A stretch of 60,545 nucleotides of DNA, the filler included, from Platydemus manokwari (Eukaryota), in assembly GCA_037951405.1 (NCBI GenBank). It is 5 parts of 5 records of this genome, joined end to end, with 100 filler letters (N's around TTAATTAATTAA, not from the genome) between each part and the next. Parts side by side here need not be neighbours in the genome. Positions count along the whole stretch, not along the records: positions 38,580 to 51,292 come from JBBMOY010004460.1; positions 51,393 to 60,545 come from JBBMOY011291651.1; 3 more parts are not named here. The stretch is one strand, 5' to 3'. Both the position numbers and the translations under genes were made by a program. The first letter of the stretch is position 1; every line of letters begins with the position of its first letter. Positions 41,331 through 54,400 of the stretch are shown here, in pieces. The notes beneath the pieces were generated by a model, which made no database searches, was not told where the DNA came from, and worked only from the letters and a program-made list of their open reading frames with translations.

Positions 41331-41907
41331 TTTTTTTATATTAATATATTTTATAATATGGGCGGGCCCTTCAAGTATATTTATCCCTTTTTTACTAAAT
41401 ATTCAAATGTCTCACCTTGATTTATTTCTTTTTTACTAAATATTCAGAAGTTAACACCTTTATTACTATCATCTTCGTCGATATTCCAGTATGAACGTTT
41501 AGATGGTTGACCAGAATAGTTCTGATTGTAAGATTGAAATTTGTGATTTTGCAACTCCTTATATAGTATTTTCTAGGTCGTATTATGAATAATCGTCTTG
41601 TTTATTATTTTCCTTTTTTCTATTGGATTTTAAAATTATTTTACAAATCCGCCTAGATTAACAATTTTTATTTATTTTTCATCCATATTATTTATAATCT
41701 TTTTCTTTTTCTCATACATTTAAAATTCCAATTTTCGCCCAAAAATACACCCACATTTATAATTTATATTATTATCATTATTATTATTTATGGAAATTAT
41801 TTTATTATTTGTTATCTCGTCCGAAAATTATTTCCTTTTATTTATTTCATTCATTTTTAAGTAGAAATAAAGGCGAGTCGTTAAGTTAGAGTAGTTCTAA
41901 ACTTAAC

Positions 41908-42563
41908 ATGTGGATGACAACAGGAATATTTCAAACATGGTTGACAATGTTAAATAGTGAAATGATCAAGAAAAATAGAAAAGTAGTACTCCTTCTTGAT
42001 AATACCAGTTGTCATAAATCATTGGACTGTTCAAATGTCAAGTTACTATGTTTATCTGAAAAGAAAACTTCACTTAATTCAACCTTTTGATATGGACATC
42101 ATCAAATATTTTAAAACATGTATTTTAAAAACACTCATGAATTTTTTTCTTAATGTTTGCAAATCAGCGAATTTTCTTTCAAAATTAAATATACGTCAAA
42201 CTTTTGTTATAACTTAAATGCTTGGAAAAGAGTTGATACTATCAAAAACTGTTGGAATAAAATTAATGAATATCATAAATCAGACCTTGCTGACATTATA
42301 AAGGGTGAAGTTGAAGAAAATATCAATGAAGTAATAGAAGAAACAATTGAAAATATGGATGGAGTTGAAAAATTCAATTTTACAATGACGAAGATGTTAT
42401 AAACAATATTGAAACTTTAGATATTTTAAAACAATTAGAAAAATTAGAGGAAATTATTAGAATATTTAGTTCAGATTCTTTAAAAGAATTTTATGTATTC
42501 AGGCAAAAATTTTTGAATGATATTAGAAAAGCTCGTAATATCAAAATTCCCGATTTTTTTTAT
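41908..42563 (+). mobile_element. pogo/Tigger (Tc1-mariner superfamily) DDE_1 transposase pseudogene
   Basis: Frameshifted peptides WMTTGIFQTWL..RKVVLLLDNTSCH..NVKLLCL..TSL/IQPFDMDIIKYFK..NAWKRV..TIKNCWNK match the DDE_1 consensus. Confidence 0.9.
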
Positions 42564-42952
42564 TAAAAAATAAATGCTTTTACCATGGAATTCATGTATT
42601 TTACATCAAAAGTCCTTATTTAATGTTTACTCTCTGGTTCTGGGTCATCCCCGGGTTTTTGGGGAAATCGTCAAAAATGGTGCACCAAATCCGGTGTCCG
42701 AGTTTATTACAGTTTTTTAATTTCTTAAAAATATTTTACTAATTTGCTGTATTAACTCTATTTCTCAAATATGATTTCTTTAATTTACATAACTGATTTT
42801 CAATATGACATGAAAATTTGATCAAATAGTCAGCCATATATAATTAAAATGAAATTAAAATTGAAAATTCGATATCCATTGTTTCAATAAAAAGTCCAAA
42901 TAAATGACAATGTTTTCAAAACTGACTAACATTTAATGAATATCTTCAACAC

Positions 42953-44644
42953 TTATAAATATGGAACTTTTATTTGAATTTTTTCTTGCAATAATTTTCC
43001 GGAACGAGGATGAATCAATTTGAAGTTGTGTGCTAAACCTTCATTTTTGAGATCATTGCAACATTTTCGAATATGCCTTTCGTTTCCATGGAGATGCATA
43101 ACGAAATTAATGTCACCACATCCATGAACTTCGAGGTTATATTCCTTACTGATAACTTTACCACATATCATATGACGAACAAGTATCTTATTTACAAGTG
43201 ATTCTCTCTCGGAAATTCGACCCTCTATAGTACACTCTACAACATAAAATTGACCACATGGAATTTGATTAATGGCTACCCCATAACACTTTTGTGCAAA
43301 TGTTTCGAAAATTTCTGTTTTCATTATTCTTCTTAATGTTTTAAATCGACTAAATGAGTTCGATTGATTACCTGGTGATGTGGGTTCATCAGACATAAGA
43401 GATTTATACTCTAACTCATTACATGAATGTAAATTAAATAGGGCATTCTTACATAGGATATACGCATAAGTATCGTCAGCGATTATCGATACCAGATTGA
43501 ATGAAGACCCATTAAATAATATTTGAGAATTATTGAAACTAACATTGTTAACTTCAGCATTGTGTCGTTGGGATCTCATATAATTAGAAAATGGTTTATA
43601 AACAAGATCAGATTGTGAATAATTTTTGTTGAAAAATTCGTCCTTATCTGATTTTAGAAAATAACTAGAATTAACTTTCGTTTCTTCGTAAGTACAAGGT
43701 AAAGATTCGTTTCTAACTAAAGGCAGTCTATAAGATGTAGATAATTTCGTTCGTGAAATATTTGGCATATTCTTATAACTATCTACATCAACACTGTCTG
43801 ACTTTAATTGTATGATTTTGGTTTTATTAGATGATTTCATTATATGTTTATAATCATCGGTAGATTTGATTATGAAAGGTACCTTGCCTTGTACATTGAA
43901 ACAATATGAATGTATAATACCTTGAACTACTTGTCGACGTTGACCTATTATCACGAGAGCTCGAAGTGCATTGTCTTCATAACCGAATCGATCCGAAATT
44001 CGTAAATGAACGCTTTGTTTTGAAAGTATTCTATTAATGATAAACGATTCCTTGAAATGTTTATCTTTCAAATCCAGGTAAACATTGAGTAGATTGAAAT
44101 ATTTGGAAATTGTATTTTTATGACCAACTGTCAAACACCAGTTTTCAAAATCATGTTGAGTTAAACTATCCAGTTTTAATTTATAAAGTGTCAGATAATG
44201 TGCTAAAACGATTTCACATTCAGGTAAGTAAATAACTCCACAGAAACACGACGTTCCATCATTTGATCGAATTTCATATAACCCTAATTGTTCAATTTGG
44301 CTTCTTTGATAATTAGGCAGAAGCTTGCGTATATTAATGGATTTATTTGGTTTTCCATCTTTTTCCGATGCATATGATACTGGTAGTGATTCTGCAGGTA
44401 ATGATTCCACTGGGATCTCTGTATAAATTTTTGTGATATCCATGCTTGTCATCATTTTATCCATAAGATACGATGATAATTTGTCACCACTGCCACTTTT
44501 TCGAGCCGATTTAACACACATTAAAGAGTTTTGATTGTTCTTCAATTGAATCGACGATTGTAAAGATAAATTGGATGTGAAATTCTTTTTATCTATCATC
44601 CTTGATTTTGATTTATCAAACGATTTAGAATTAGGTAATCCCAT
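42953..44644 (-). CDS. Uncharacterised 563-aa protein, single coding exon
   Basis: 1692-nt uninterrupted ORF in very AT-rich DNA. The ATG follows an acceptor (ttatag|ATG). Candidate upstream donor AA|GTAAGT at ~44891. No family recognised. Confidence 0.8.
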   Translation of the reverse strand: MGLPNSKSFDKSKSRMIDKKNFTSNLSLQSSIQLKNNQNSLMCVKSARKSGSGDKLSSYLMDKMMTSMDITKIYTEIPVESLPAESLPVSYASEKDGKPNKSINIRKLLPNYQRSQIEQLGLYEIRSNDGTSCFCGVIYLPECEIVLAHYLTLYKLKLDSLTQHDFENWCLTVGHKNTISKYFNLLNVYLDLKDKHFKESFIINRILSKQSVHLRISDRFGYEDNALRALVIIGQRRQVVQGIIHSYCFNVQGKVPFIIKSTDDYKHIMKSSNKTKIIQLKSDSVDVDSYKNMPNISRTKLSTSYRLPLVRNESLPCTYEETKVNSSYFLKSDKDEFFNKNYSQSDLVYKPFSNYMRSQRHNAEVNNVSFNNSQILFNGSSFNLVSIIADDTYAYILCKNALFNLHSCNELEYKSLMSDEPTSPGNQSNSFSRFKTLRRIMKTEIFETFAQKCYGVAINQIPCGQFYVVECTIEGRISERESLVNKILVRHMICGKVISKEYNLEVHGCGDINFVMHLHGNERHIRKCCNDLKNEGLAHNFKLIHPRSGKLLQEKIQIKVPYL

Positions 44645-46374
44645 CTATAAATTAATATAGATTATTATTAATAATTAATTTTCAAATTTTTATGTATTGC
44701 ATTTGTTTGTTCTCTTTATTTCATATTATCGTACTAATTATAAATCTATTTGATAATCAATTATTTGAAATGAACTTGAATCGAGAAATATCTATAACAG
44801 ATTACAAAGACAAATTAGCCACTTCTATAATTTTACGAATGAGTTTAATTTGCCAGACTTAACAAAAACTAAGAAAATCAAATCTACTTACTTTTCGATT
44901 TATTTTCTCATGATTAAACAAGAGATTATATTAATCATAGACAGTTAATCACTAAAAATGTTGAGCTTAGGAATAAAAAAGGATTTTTGAATATTAATTA
45001 AGATTGTTCATATACTTAATTGGTTTTAATTAGTTTATTAGCCATTTTTACACGAGAAAAAAATAATATTTTCTATAATGCTCGTTATAAAATGCAATTT
45101 CACAATAATTTAGCCCTCGAATTGTTATAGTATTATATGATAAGTTCAAAGATTAAATTACATTGTAGTATCTTATAATTTAAATACTTCCAACGATATT
45201 GTGTGAATGTCAGTAATTTATATCAAAAAGATTGTATTGATGATATACATTATTAGAGTCTCCCATATATCAGTTATCATAAAGAATAAAATTAAATAAA
45301 TAAACAGAAATTTCAAAATTGATGATTAGTATGAATTCCTATGACAAATAATGTGATGAAAACACGTTAAAGATTGTGTTATTAAATTGAATAATTGAAA
45401 AAATAACAAGAAAAGTAGAAATGTATTCATAAACCTTACAGAAACGAGTATTTACTGTCAAATAATTGGTACAAAGTATGTGTGTGATGAATGTTATAAT
45501 ATTTACAAGTCTTTGAGTTAATTGTATTCCAATATATATTTGGTAAAGCTGTTGCTGATACAACTCAGAGTACCTTGCAAAATCACAACTAAAAATAGTC
45601 AGCCATATTTTAATTTCAAAATTTTAATCTCAGAACTCCAATCAATCTCACATGCTACCATCTATTCGAAAACCCGCAGTATTTATGTATTTTTAAGATA
45701 TTGATTGATTAACTAGACCCATTTTTAATCTATTTTAAACATTTTAACTTATCGGACTCTAAATTTACGATGATTATATAATAATCATTCAGGGTTTTAT
45801 GATATCAATAAAAGTTATCATTATAAATGATATGTAACACATATGGACATGTTTAACAAATACTATAATTTATGACTTATTCTTTAGCTTGTTGGAATTC
45901 AAATACCAAAGGCAAATCGTGATGGTACTATAAAATAATGGATACTATAATGGATAATAAAAACACTTGACTTTACAAAATGCAAACATACTGTGTTTAG
46001 TTAAATAACCACTTAAAAATTAACAAATCGAATAAAAGTTGCGTTGTTTTATTGCATTTTTTAATAAAGTAGATGACGGTGAATTTTGAACTCTCAGTGA
46101 TATTATTATTACTGAATATGTTAAACCATATTACCATGATTTAAAAATGTTTAAAATAATTTACAAAATCAATGAAAAGGCAAAATTCTTAGTCATAGAC
46201 GAATTTAAATATAGATTATTTATAACTACCAGATTTAGAAATCTATTATTGATATTGGTGTGCATAAAAATCAATATAACATAACCTGTAAATTTGCAAA
46301 ATGTATTCATAAAAAATCAACCAATTAAATCACGAAGTCACAAGACTAATGTTAAAAAGAATTTAAAAAATTTA

Positions 46375-47794
46375 TTATTGTCCACCAGGAAAATCGGGTT
46401 GATTTTCCGGAGCAGCCGTTTTAAAAGCTTCATGAGCCATCAAAGTTTGATTTATTCTCGAGATGATAGGGAAAGGAGTTAGATCCACCTTGAAACGGCT
46501 AGAACAATATATAAATCTTGAACCAATCAAAATAAAACATCACTTAGCATTGTAAACCTGTGGTACCAAGCAAATATCGGCAATCGATATCTCATCACCG
46601 ATGCAATACGATTTGGCAGTTTTACTGAGCAAAGTTTCAATTGCTGAATTTCAATAAAATTCCATTAAATAAACATCTTCCTAATTCGTCAATTAAATTT
46701 TTTAGAAATCAAATCGATTTCGAATAAATTTATTCAGGAAATTTCTTCAAAAAGTGTCATTTTGTCCCAAACATCAATTGAGGAACATAAGACGTTGTCA
46801 AATATTGAAATGACAGAATTTTATATAATTGATATCAAGGCACTCCCAACGTGCTTAAATTCGATTGGCGGTTCAAGGTCAACATTAAAGGAGAAAATAC
46901 CGGCGACAAAGGTTTGAAAGTGCAAAATCATTTCATTGATAAACATTAAAATAAGTGGAAATCAATTATGGATCTTATTAAACGTATAAACGCCGTCAAC
47001 CAGTCCGCGGGGCACATGTTATTGTACAACTAATATCGACCGATCAATATTCTATTGGGGATATAGAAACAATAAATCTAAAACGAAACCTTTGAAACCA
47101 TGACTGATGACATTTTGAGCCCAAACTTGAGGGTCTTCTTTAATAGCACGTAGAGTTGTTAGATTTTGTAATGGTTGAATTCCAGAATTAATTATTTCCG
47201 CTATACTCCGTGCAAGAGCCCTATCCTCAAGATTTGCCGGAAGCAGCTTGACACCGGTTGTGAATTTTTCCTCGATATATTCTATTATACTGATCTACAA
47301 TTGTGCTCAATCGATATCTATATCCAATGATAAATCTAACCGATTGTGTCATTGTAATACCATCAACGGCAAAGCTCGGTACTTGTTGCATTGGATTGAT
47401 TGCTATATAGTTTTCACTATGCTAAATATGTTTAAATCAAGAAATAAAAAACTTCAGTGAAGGTTAAAAGATTCATATAATACAATTTAACTTTAAAAGT
47501 TGTGTAATTAAATAATTATAAAAATGACGTAATCAATATTAAATACCTGCTCGCCACCATCTTTCAATAAATCGACAGGAATATATTCAAAAGTAATATT
47601 CTTTAAAGCCAAAGCTAAATGGAAACAAACAAGTTAAAGAATATAAGAAAGCTAGTAATTGTAAAGAAATTACAAAAGACGTTTACCTATTCTCACACGA
47701 AATGAAGCAGAACTTCGATAATATGAAAAGAGCTTAATCTGGAAAATAAATCTTACATAGTAATATCAATATTTAAATGAATTACATTTGACAT
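46375..47794 (-). CDS. GSTZ1: Glutathione S-transferase zeta / maleylacetoacetate isomerase, 212 aa
   Basis: Seven exons: 47794-47786, 47738-47687, 47614-47547, 47421-47341, 47294-47090, 46643-46544, 46498-46375, all phase-consistent. Motifs: SYYRSSASFRVRIALALK, LLKDGGEQ, NPMQQVP, SGIQPLQNL, YCIGDEISIADICLVPQVYNA, PENQPD. Confidence 0.96.
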
Positions 47795-50609
47795 TTTGTG
47801 GAATATTGTTGGACTGAAACTTAATGTATCAAAAATATTTTAACGCTAATTATGAGCTTTACTAATGTTAAACAAAGATAAATATTCAAATTTCTGAAAA
47901 TTTTTGTTAAAAATATTTACAAAGTCAATATCTTTTAGAAAATCGATTTAGCTTAGAATATAAATCAAACTATATTAATATACTCCTGGACTTGAAAGAG
48001 TTTAAGCAACCCTATCTCTATTCGGAACAAGGTGAAAATTTATTCTTTTAAATGAGGTTACGGTTCTATTAAAGATTGTCTAGATTGAAAAATAAATAAG
48101 ATTAATAAAAGTAAAATCATAAATAAACTTTGATCTAACATTGATGCAGTCAAATTGTTACAAAAATAAAATTGTTTTTAGATTTCATTGTTTCTAATTA
48201 ATACTTAGTTTAACAAGATTAAAGTAAAATTGAGACAATATCCAAACATTATCTTCTGAAATTGTAAAAATCTGATAACTTTGTAATATTATCAGTAGTT
48301 AATGAAAATTTAAAACGATTGGTAAATAAAAAATTCTCAAATTGGTGAGTTGATATTATTTATGAATAATATGTGTCTATGGTTGGTTTTTATTCAATGA
48401 ATTTAATTTATTTTGTTTTTATGGCAACTATAACTTGAAGATTCAATCACGATTATTTTTCCACAAGGTCATATAGTTATTAAATTAAGCAGTTTATTTC
48501 TGCATGAGCAAGAAGATTAAGACAGGAAATACTTATTGTTATCAATGAAATTGTGTATATGTACAATACCTATCAATATAATGTTATGTTGCGTTATCAA
48601 GCAACATTTTAAATCTGAAATTCTGTATTAACTAAAATAATACACTGAAAGTCTCAATAATAACAACAACAAATCTTTACACAATTCACAAAGAAAATCA
48701 GCCAAGATGGGATCAGCGCCTGAAAATCAAAAACAGAATTAAGAGTAATCAAAAAGACTGATTACTGAAATCACGCATAAGGTAAGCACTGAAGTTACCG
48801 ACAAATAAAGACTGGTCATTATTGTCAAAATGGGCTTCTTTTATAATATTCCCACACACATCATTACATTTATTAATTTAAACAAATTGTTCTGAAATAT
48901 TCTATTAGTTTTTATTTTTTGATTTAAGAAAATTATTAATGATTTTATTTTAGAATATTTCTACGTATATTTATTTACAATTTTTTTACTATTTTTTTAA
49001 AAGTTTATTTTTCTACCTAATCAACAGTTAAATCAAATGGTGATTTATAGAAACGTGTATTGAGTGTAGTGCCATATTGTAAAAAAAATTTTAGAAAGTT
49101 GTTGAATATCGACACTGATAAATATATACCTGATCATATTTTATTCTCATTCATTGAAACCTTGTTTATTAATAGATATTTCCAAGTTATTTAAATCTTT
49201 ATTCTTACTTCCACTGATACTGGAAATCAATATTTCTATCTTATTCTCACTGACCAATGCCAATGGATGGATTATTCAACAAACATCGACAGACATTTTA
49301 AATACCATCCTGAGGCACTAAGATCATTTACCAAATCGTCAATAATTATTCCAAGATATTTTGTAACAGTCATAATTCCAAATATTAGATTCACTAGCCT
49401 GAAGTCCACAATCTCGATAATCTGTTTTGTTTGATAAAAATGTGTTGACGATAACATTTTTATTCATTAAAATTCTTAATAATTTCTGTTTACATTGATA
49501 ATATTTTTCTAGTAATCAATGCTATTTTATTTCTGATTGAGTGCTAACTATCGGTGAAATAATTTTATTTTAATAATGTTGGAACATTTGTAAAAATTCC
49601 ATTTTATTGAATCAAATGTTTAAGAAACTTGTTCATGGAATAATAAAATATAAAAATTAATAGTTAAAAACGACAGAATAAATACTGATGTTAAGATAGG
49701 AAACTGCCAGTTGAAAGTCGATTAATATGAAATTTTTCGTTATTGATTTGTGGGGTATTTTTGAAGAATTTTGGGGTTGTTTAGGTACTAACTAACTAGC
49801 ACAAATGAATAAAAATAAATCTTTTCCAAACTTCAATTCTTCTGGACTCAATGTCTTGATTAAGAGAATTATATTCCTCGAAACGATTTTGGAATTAGAA
49901 AAAAAAATTTCTTATTATAGATTTTTCTATCAAATCACGGTTTTTGATTATTGTTAAGTGAAAGAAAGTGATCATATGTTGGCTTCTATCTTGATGCCTT
50001 TCCTATTTATACTCTTCTTTTTACGTAAATGTTCGCGAAGATTTCCAGCAAATGTTTTATTTACCCATGCATCTTTATTTTTCAAACATCACACTTTATC
50101 GTATACATTTTTGTGTATTTATCAATATTTTATCATTATTTATCTTATTTAATTACTTATTTCTTAATATTTCATTTTTTGCCCAACAAAATTTGCCTTC
50201 TTCTCTTACTCCTCTTTTGCAATTTCAACCAAAATATAAGAAAGTTATCGATAAATAAGATGGTAGTCATAATTAATATAATTTTAGTGATAAAAATTGA
50301 GTTACGAAACCACTAGTGAAATCACATACTTTAATGACCACCGTAATATACGTAAGAGGCCTTCGGTTCTACAAAGATGGAAGAAAATTCAGAAATAAAG
50401 AAAGAATATACTATAAATGTTTATCACTTGATTGGTAATGTCAGCCCAGAAAATTATTCTGTAAAGAATATGATGAAAATGTAAAATATGTGCTCAAAAA
50501 TTTTCGATCACTGACAATATTTGTTAGGTTTCAGTGGTTCGAAATTTCACATACTGCTATTGATTAAACCAACCGGTGAGTTTTGTAATTAAAAAAATCA
50601 ATACAATAA

Positions 50610-50910
50610 CTTTCCCATCACCAGATCTTCAAGCGCTACTGGATTCATTTAATAGACAAATAGTTTTTTCAAATATGGATTTGGATTAAAAGTGCCAACA
50701 AGTCGGGGTTAAGGAAAATTTCAAGTTTATAAAGGACATGATAGTTTATTTACAGATTACCATTTGTACTTTATACCGCTCCAGCAACTTTTCAGAAGTA
50801 TGTGAATAAAGTATTTGGGAACTGAATTTACAAAGACGTTCTTGTTTATCTGTGTGATATGTTAGTTTATTGAAGAAAAGTCGAGGAACATCATGAGATA
50901 CTCAACCAAG
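50610..50910 (+). mobile_element. Ty3/Gypsy reverse transcriptase remnant
   Basis: LPFVLYTAPATFQKYVNKVFGN*IYKDVLVYLCDMLVY*RKVEEHHEILNQV matches the MPFGL.NAPATFQ...YLDD region, with YLDD decayed to YLCD. Confidence 0.85.
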
Positions 50911-51292
50911 TGGAATTTCATTGATGATTACTTGTAAAAACATCAACAGAAACACCAAACAAAAACACGAAAACAGATGAGAGAGAAATGAAACAATGAT
51001 CAGAGAAGATAATCGTTGTGTTTTGTCTTACTTACAAACATAATATAATATTTACAAAATAAAATATAACAAAAACACTTACAAACTGTAAACATATAAA
51101 ATTATTCCCTGACCGGGAGTCGAACCCGGGCCGCCTGGGTGAGAACCAGGAATCCTAGCCGCTAGACCATCAGGGATCAATTGTATTCCAAATGTGTCAC
51201 ATCATTTAATTTGCTGTGGAATTTCATTGATGATTACTTGTAAAAACATCAACAGAAACACCAAACAAAAACACGAAAACAGATGAGAGAGA
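50910..51292. repeat. 306-bp tandem repeat unit carrying tRNA-Glu (second copy truncated by gap)
   Basis: 77 nt GTGGAATTTCATTGATGATTACTTG...GATGAGAGAGA is identical at 50910-50986 and 51216-51292. Confidence 0.85.
51105..51176 (-). tRNA. tRNA-Glu (anticodon CTC)
   Basis: Reverse complement TCCCTGATGGTCTAGCGGCTAGGATTCCTGGTTCTCACCCAGGCGGCCCGGGTTCGACTCCCGGTCAGGGAA is 72 nt with a full cloverleaf. Anticodon arm CCTGG-TTCTCAC-CCAGG, T-loop GGTTCGACTCC, and a downstream T-run as terminator. Confidence 0.98.
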
Positions 51293-51392
51293 NNNNNNNN
51301 NNNNNNNNNNNNNNNNNNNNNNNNNNNNNNNNNNNNTTAATTAATTAANNNNNNNNNNNNNNNNNNNNNNNNNNNNNNNNNNNNNNNNNNNN
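51293..51392. other. Artificial assembly spacer
   Basis: N44-TTAATTAATTAA-N44. Confidence 0.95.

Positions 51393-51463
<71 letters not shown>
51393..51463. repeat. (ATT)n microsatellite abutting gap
   Basis: Directly visible; it generates the spurious poly-Ile ORF. Confidence 0.95.
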
Positions 51464-51464
<1 letters not shown>

Positions 51465-54400
51465 GTTCAATGTAATGGGATTATTTTTGATATTTGTAAA
51501 TTTCAACCAGTAAAATTCAACCCAACCCACATTAATAATATGAATCATCAGGCATTAATTTTAATTTTGAAAATTTAATTTACATCACCATGGTGATTTA
51601 ATATATTCCTAAAACGAAAGCAGTAGTAAAATTGAATCACTATAGAAAATTAGTAATCACTATGGGAGAAAAATAAAATTACGGAAAATTAGTAATCACA
51701 AAAATCTGTGTACATAAACCCAGTCCAAAATTGGAAAAATTCACATAAAATTATGTACAAAATTCGACTCCGGGTTTCATGAAAATTTGCAACAGATTTT
51801 CATCCTTGCTCAGTACGCAAACAGTATTCTACTCAGTCAAGTATTAGGGCAATCCTCATCCAAGCCTTGGGATCTCATCACCCAATCGTCGGAATAACAT
51901 TGGTATTCACTACATCTATTGAGCAAATTCAAAGCGTTTTCAATTCATTCAATTTTCCGATCATATTATGTCAATGGTAAATTATATTAATTTTTAACCG
52001 ATCATCCCCTTACAAAGCTCGATGAGATTTGTATGACCCCAAAAACTAACTTGCAAGGCCATAGGATTTGTAACATTTAAATTCATTTCTTTAGTTTATT
52101 GTCCGATGTAGGGCGGCACCCAGCTCCCTTCATTTCATTCAGTGCACAACACTAATACCTTTTAAATTCCTCACATTACACATTTGATAATTTCTATTAT
52201 AAAAGTACTATTATTATTGCTTCATTATTTTATTGCTTTATAATTATTATATTATCCGGATTATAACACGCAACCTATTATTCTGATTTGGATCAGATCA
52301 TTGGTGTAATCGTCATTTTTCTAATTTGAATCGTGTCTTTTTAAATTACGAGTTTATACGAGTTGAATTGTCTTTGAAATCTCACTCCAAACACTACTTA
52401 GCATAGGCTAGTAGGATTCCATCACTACTTCTTCAAAATCTTTCTATGGAACGTGATTTTTTATAATAATGATAATTAAAAATTTTAAAAATAAATATGA
52501 ACTAATAATTAGATTACTTAATTAAAATATTTCTACAAGATTCAACAAATTTATTTTGCAATAAATAATTGATATTCGTCCTTCTCCAATAAACTTAAAC
52601 AAATAAAATGTCGATTTCTTTCACGAAATAATCTGATGCACCTCTTGTGATTAAGAAAGCTTCGGAATCACAGAAAAATCTGAAGATATAATAAATAAAA
52701 CAATAGTTTTCAAAACACTAATTAAAATGTAAAATTCCATTACAAATAAAACCCCATATCTATTTGATATTCAATTCAACTCAAATATTCAAGTACAAAC
52801 TTATTCACATTTTAAACGGTTGTCAAAGTAATCAATGTTGGTAACAGTACATATTCTGACCTTGACATTCTTTGAGAATAAATCACGTTTAATAAATTTG
52901 ATAACATTTCATTCATTAAAATGATTTAGCACATTATTTATAACGACTGGCCAATGCTATGAACTGAAATAATTTTACTTTACGAGTAGAACTAAAATGG
53001 TAATGGAAACATAAATTGTAGTATAATCATGTTTAATTTTAAAGCATATTTATGTGATAGATACACCACAATAATAACAACTACCGACGATTTATAAATA
53101 GTAGTGAAATTAAAGTTGACCACCATTGTTTCAAATCTACTAACAAATTCGAAGATCAATCTGATACTGATGAACATTTAAAAAACCACAAAACTAATAT
53201 ATTGGTAGACCATTAACGATTCTATCAGTAATTGAAAGCAATTAATGTTTATTTTTGTAAATCGATATTGAAATAATTATTCTTTAAGCCATTATTGATG
53301 ATATTGAACTATTAAAAGCAACCATTTATTAATCACGGTTTGGAATATTTCATTATTTAAACCAAACATCGGTTGTATGAAAAAGAAATTAAATTATCAG
53401 AAAAAATACACGTGACTATTATATTATATTTACTATTTATAATCACAAAACAAGTGAATAAATGTAATACAACATGTTGGTCAAACTGGGCGTAAACGAA
53501 CGAGTTTGGTATTAATTTCGCAAGATGTTAATCTATTCATTCGATCCTATCACCTATACATATGGATTTATCATTTTAATGAATATTCGAGTTAAAAAGT
53601 TAACATTGAATGAAATCAAATAAAGAAATGAAAATTTTAAAATATAATTTCTGTGTAGATTTTGAGTTGAAAATGCTGTTGTTGTAAACTTAATAAAGAA
53701 AATAATTACCAAATAATATTTTGTTACAATTCAATTTTTAATGTTTTGAAAATATTTTTAATGATAGCCAAATGATCTTTCTTATGTTATAATTTTAACA
53801 ATCAATTACTTTGTAGTGTCAACATCAATTTAAAAAAAATAATTTTGTTGGCCAATTATAGCTGTTTATTGATTGAAATATGTGTTTGTCATTTCCAAGC
53901 ATCACTATCAATCAAAATCTCGTATCGGTAGAGTAAGTATATTGACAAATTGGTAAAAAAATTTGGATGATTCGGAATTTGATTAGTAAAATATAAATAA
54001 ATAAAATCTGACGATGAATTCAGAATTAAGAATGTTTCACTAGTAAACTCCACCAATAAATTAGCACGGCATGAAAATTGAAGATCATATGAAAAAATTC
54101 TATTGGAAATGTAATTACTTTTAGATAAGTGTAAAAATTAGAAAACATTTTGTTATATCTTTGTTTGTTTAAGCTTATTCTAGAACAAACAATTTCATTT
54201 ATTGTAAAATAACTCAATTCATTCTTTCCAGTCTTGAATTAATAAATTTATAATTAAAATTATAAGTATTGAAATAATCATGTTTCATATAAATATCTCC
54301 GCGGAAATCGTGGTTAATTAAAAGTTAGAGCTTGCTATATGTAGAAAAAAGTGACTGGAATTGGCTATTAATTGAAATGTTTTCTATTGATTTAGTATTC

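Noticed and set aside
51345-51548. Poly-Ile ORF, plus X-containing ORFs at 38532-38744 and 59174-59389
   Set aside because: Products of the (ATT)n microsatellite and N gaps.
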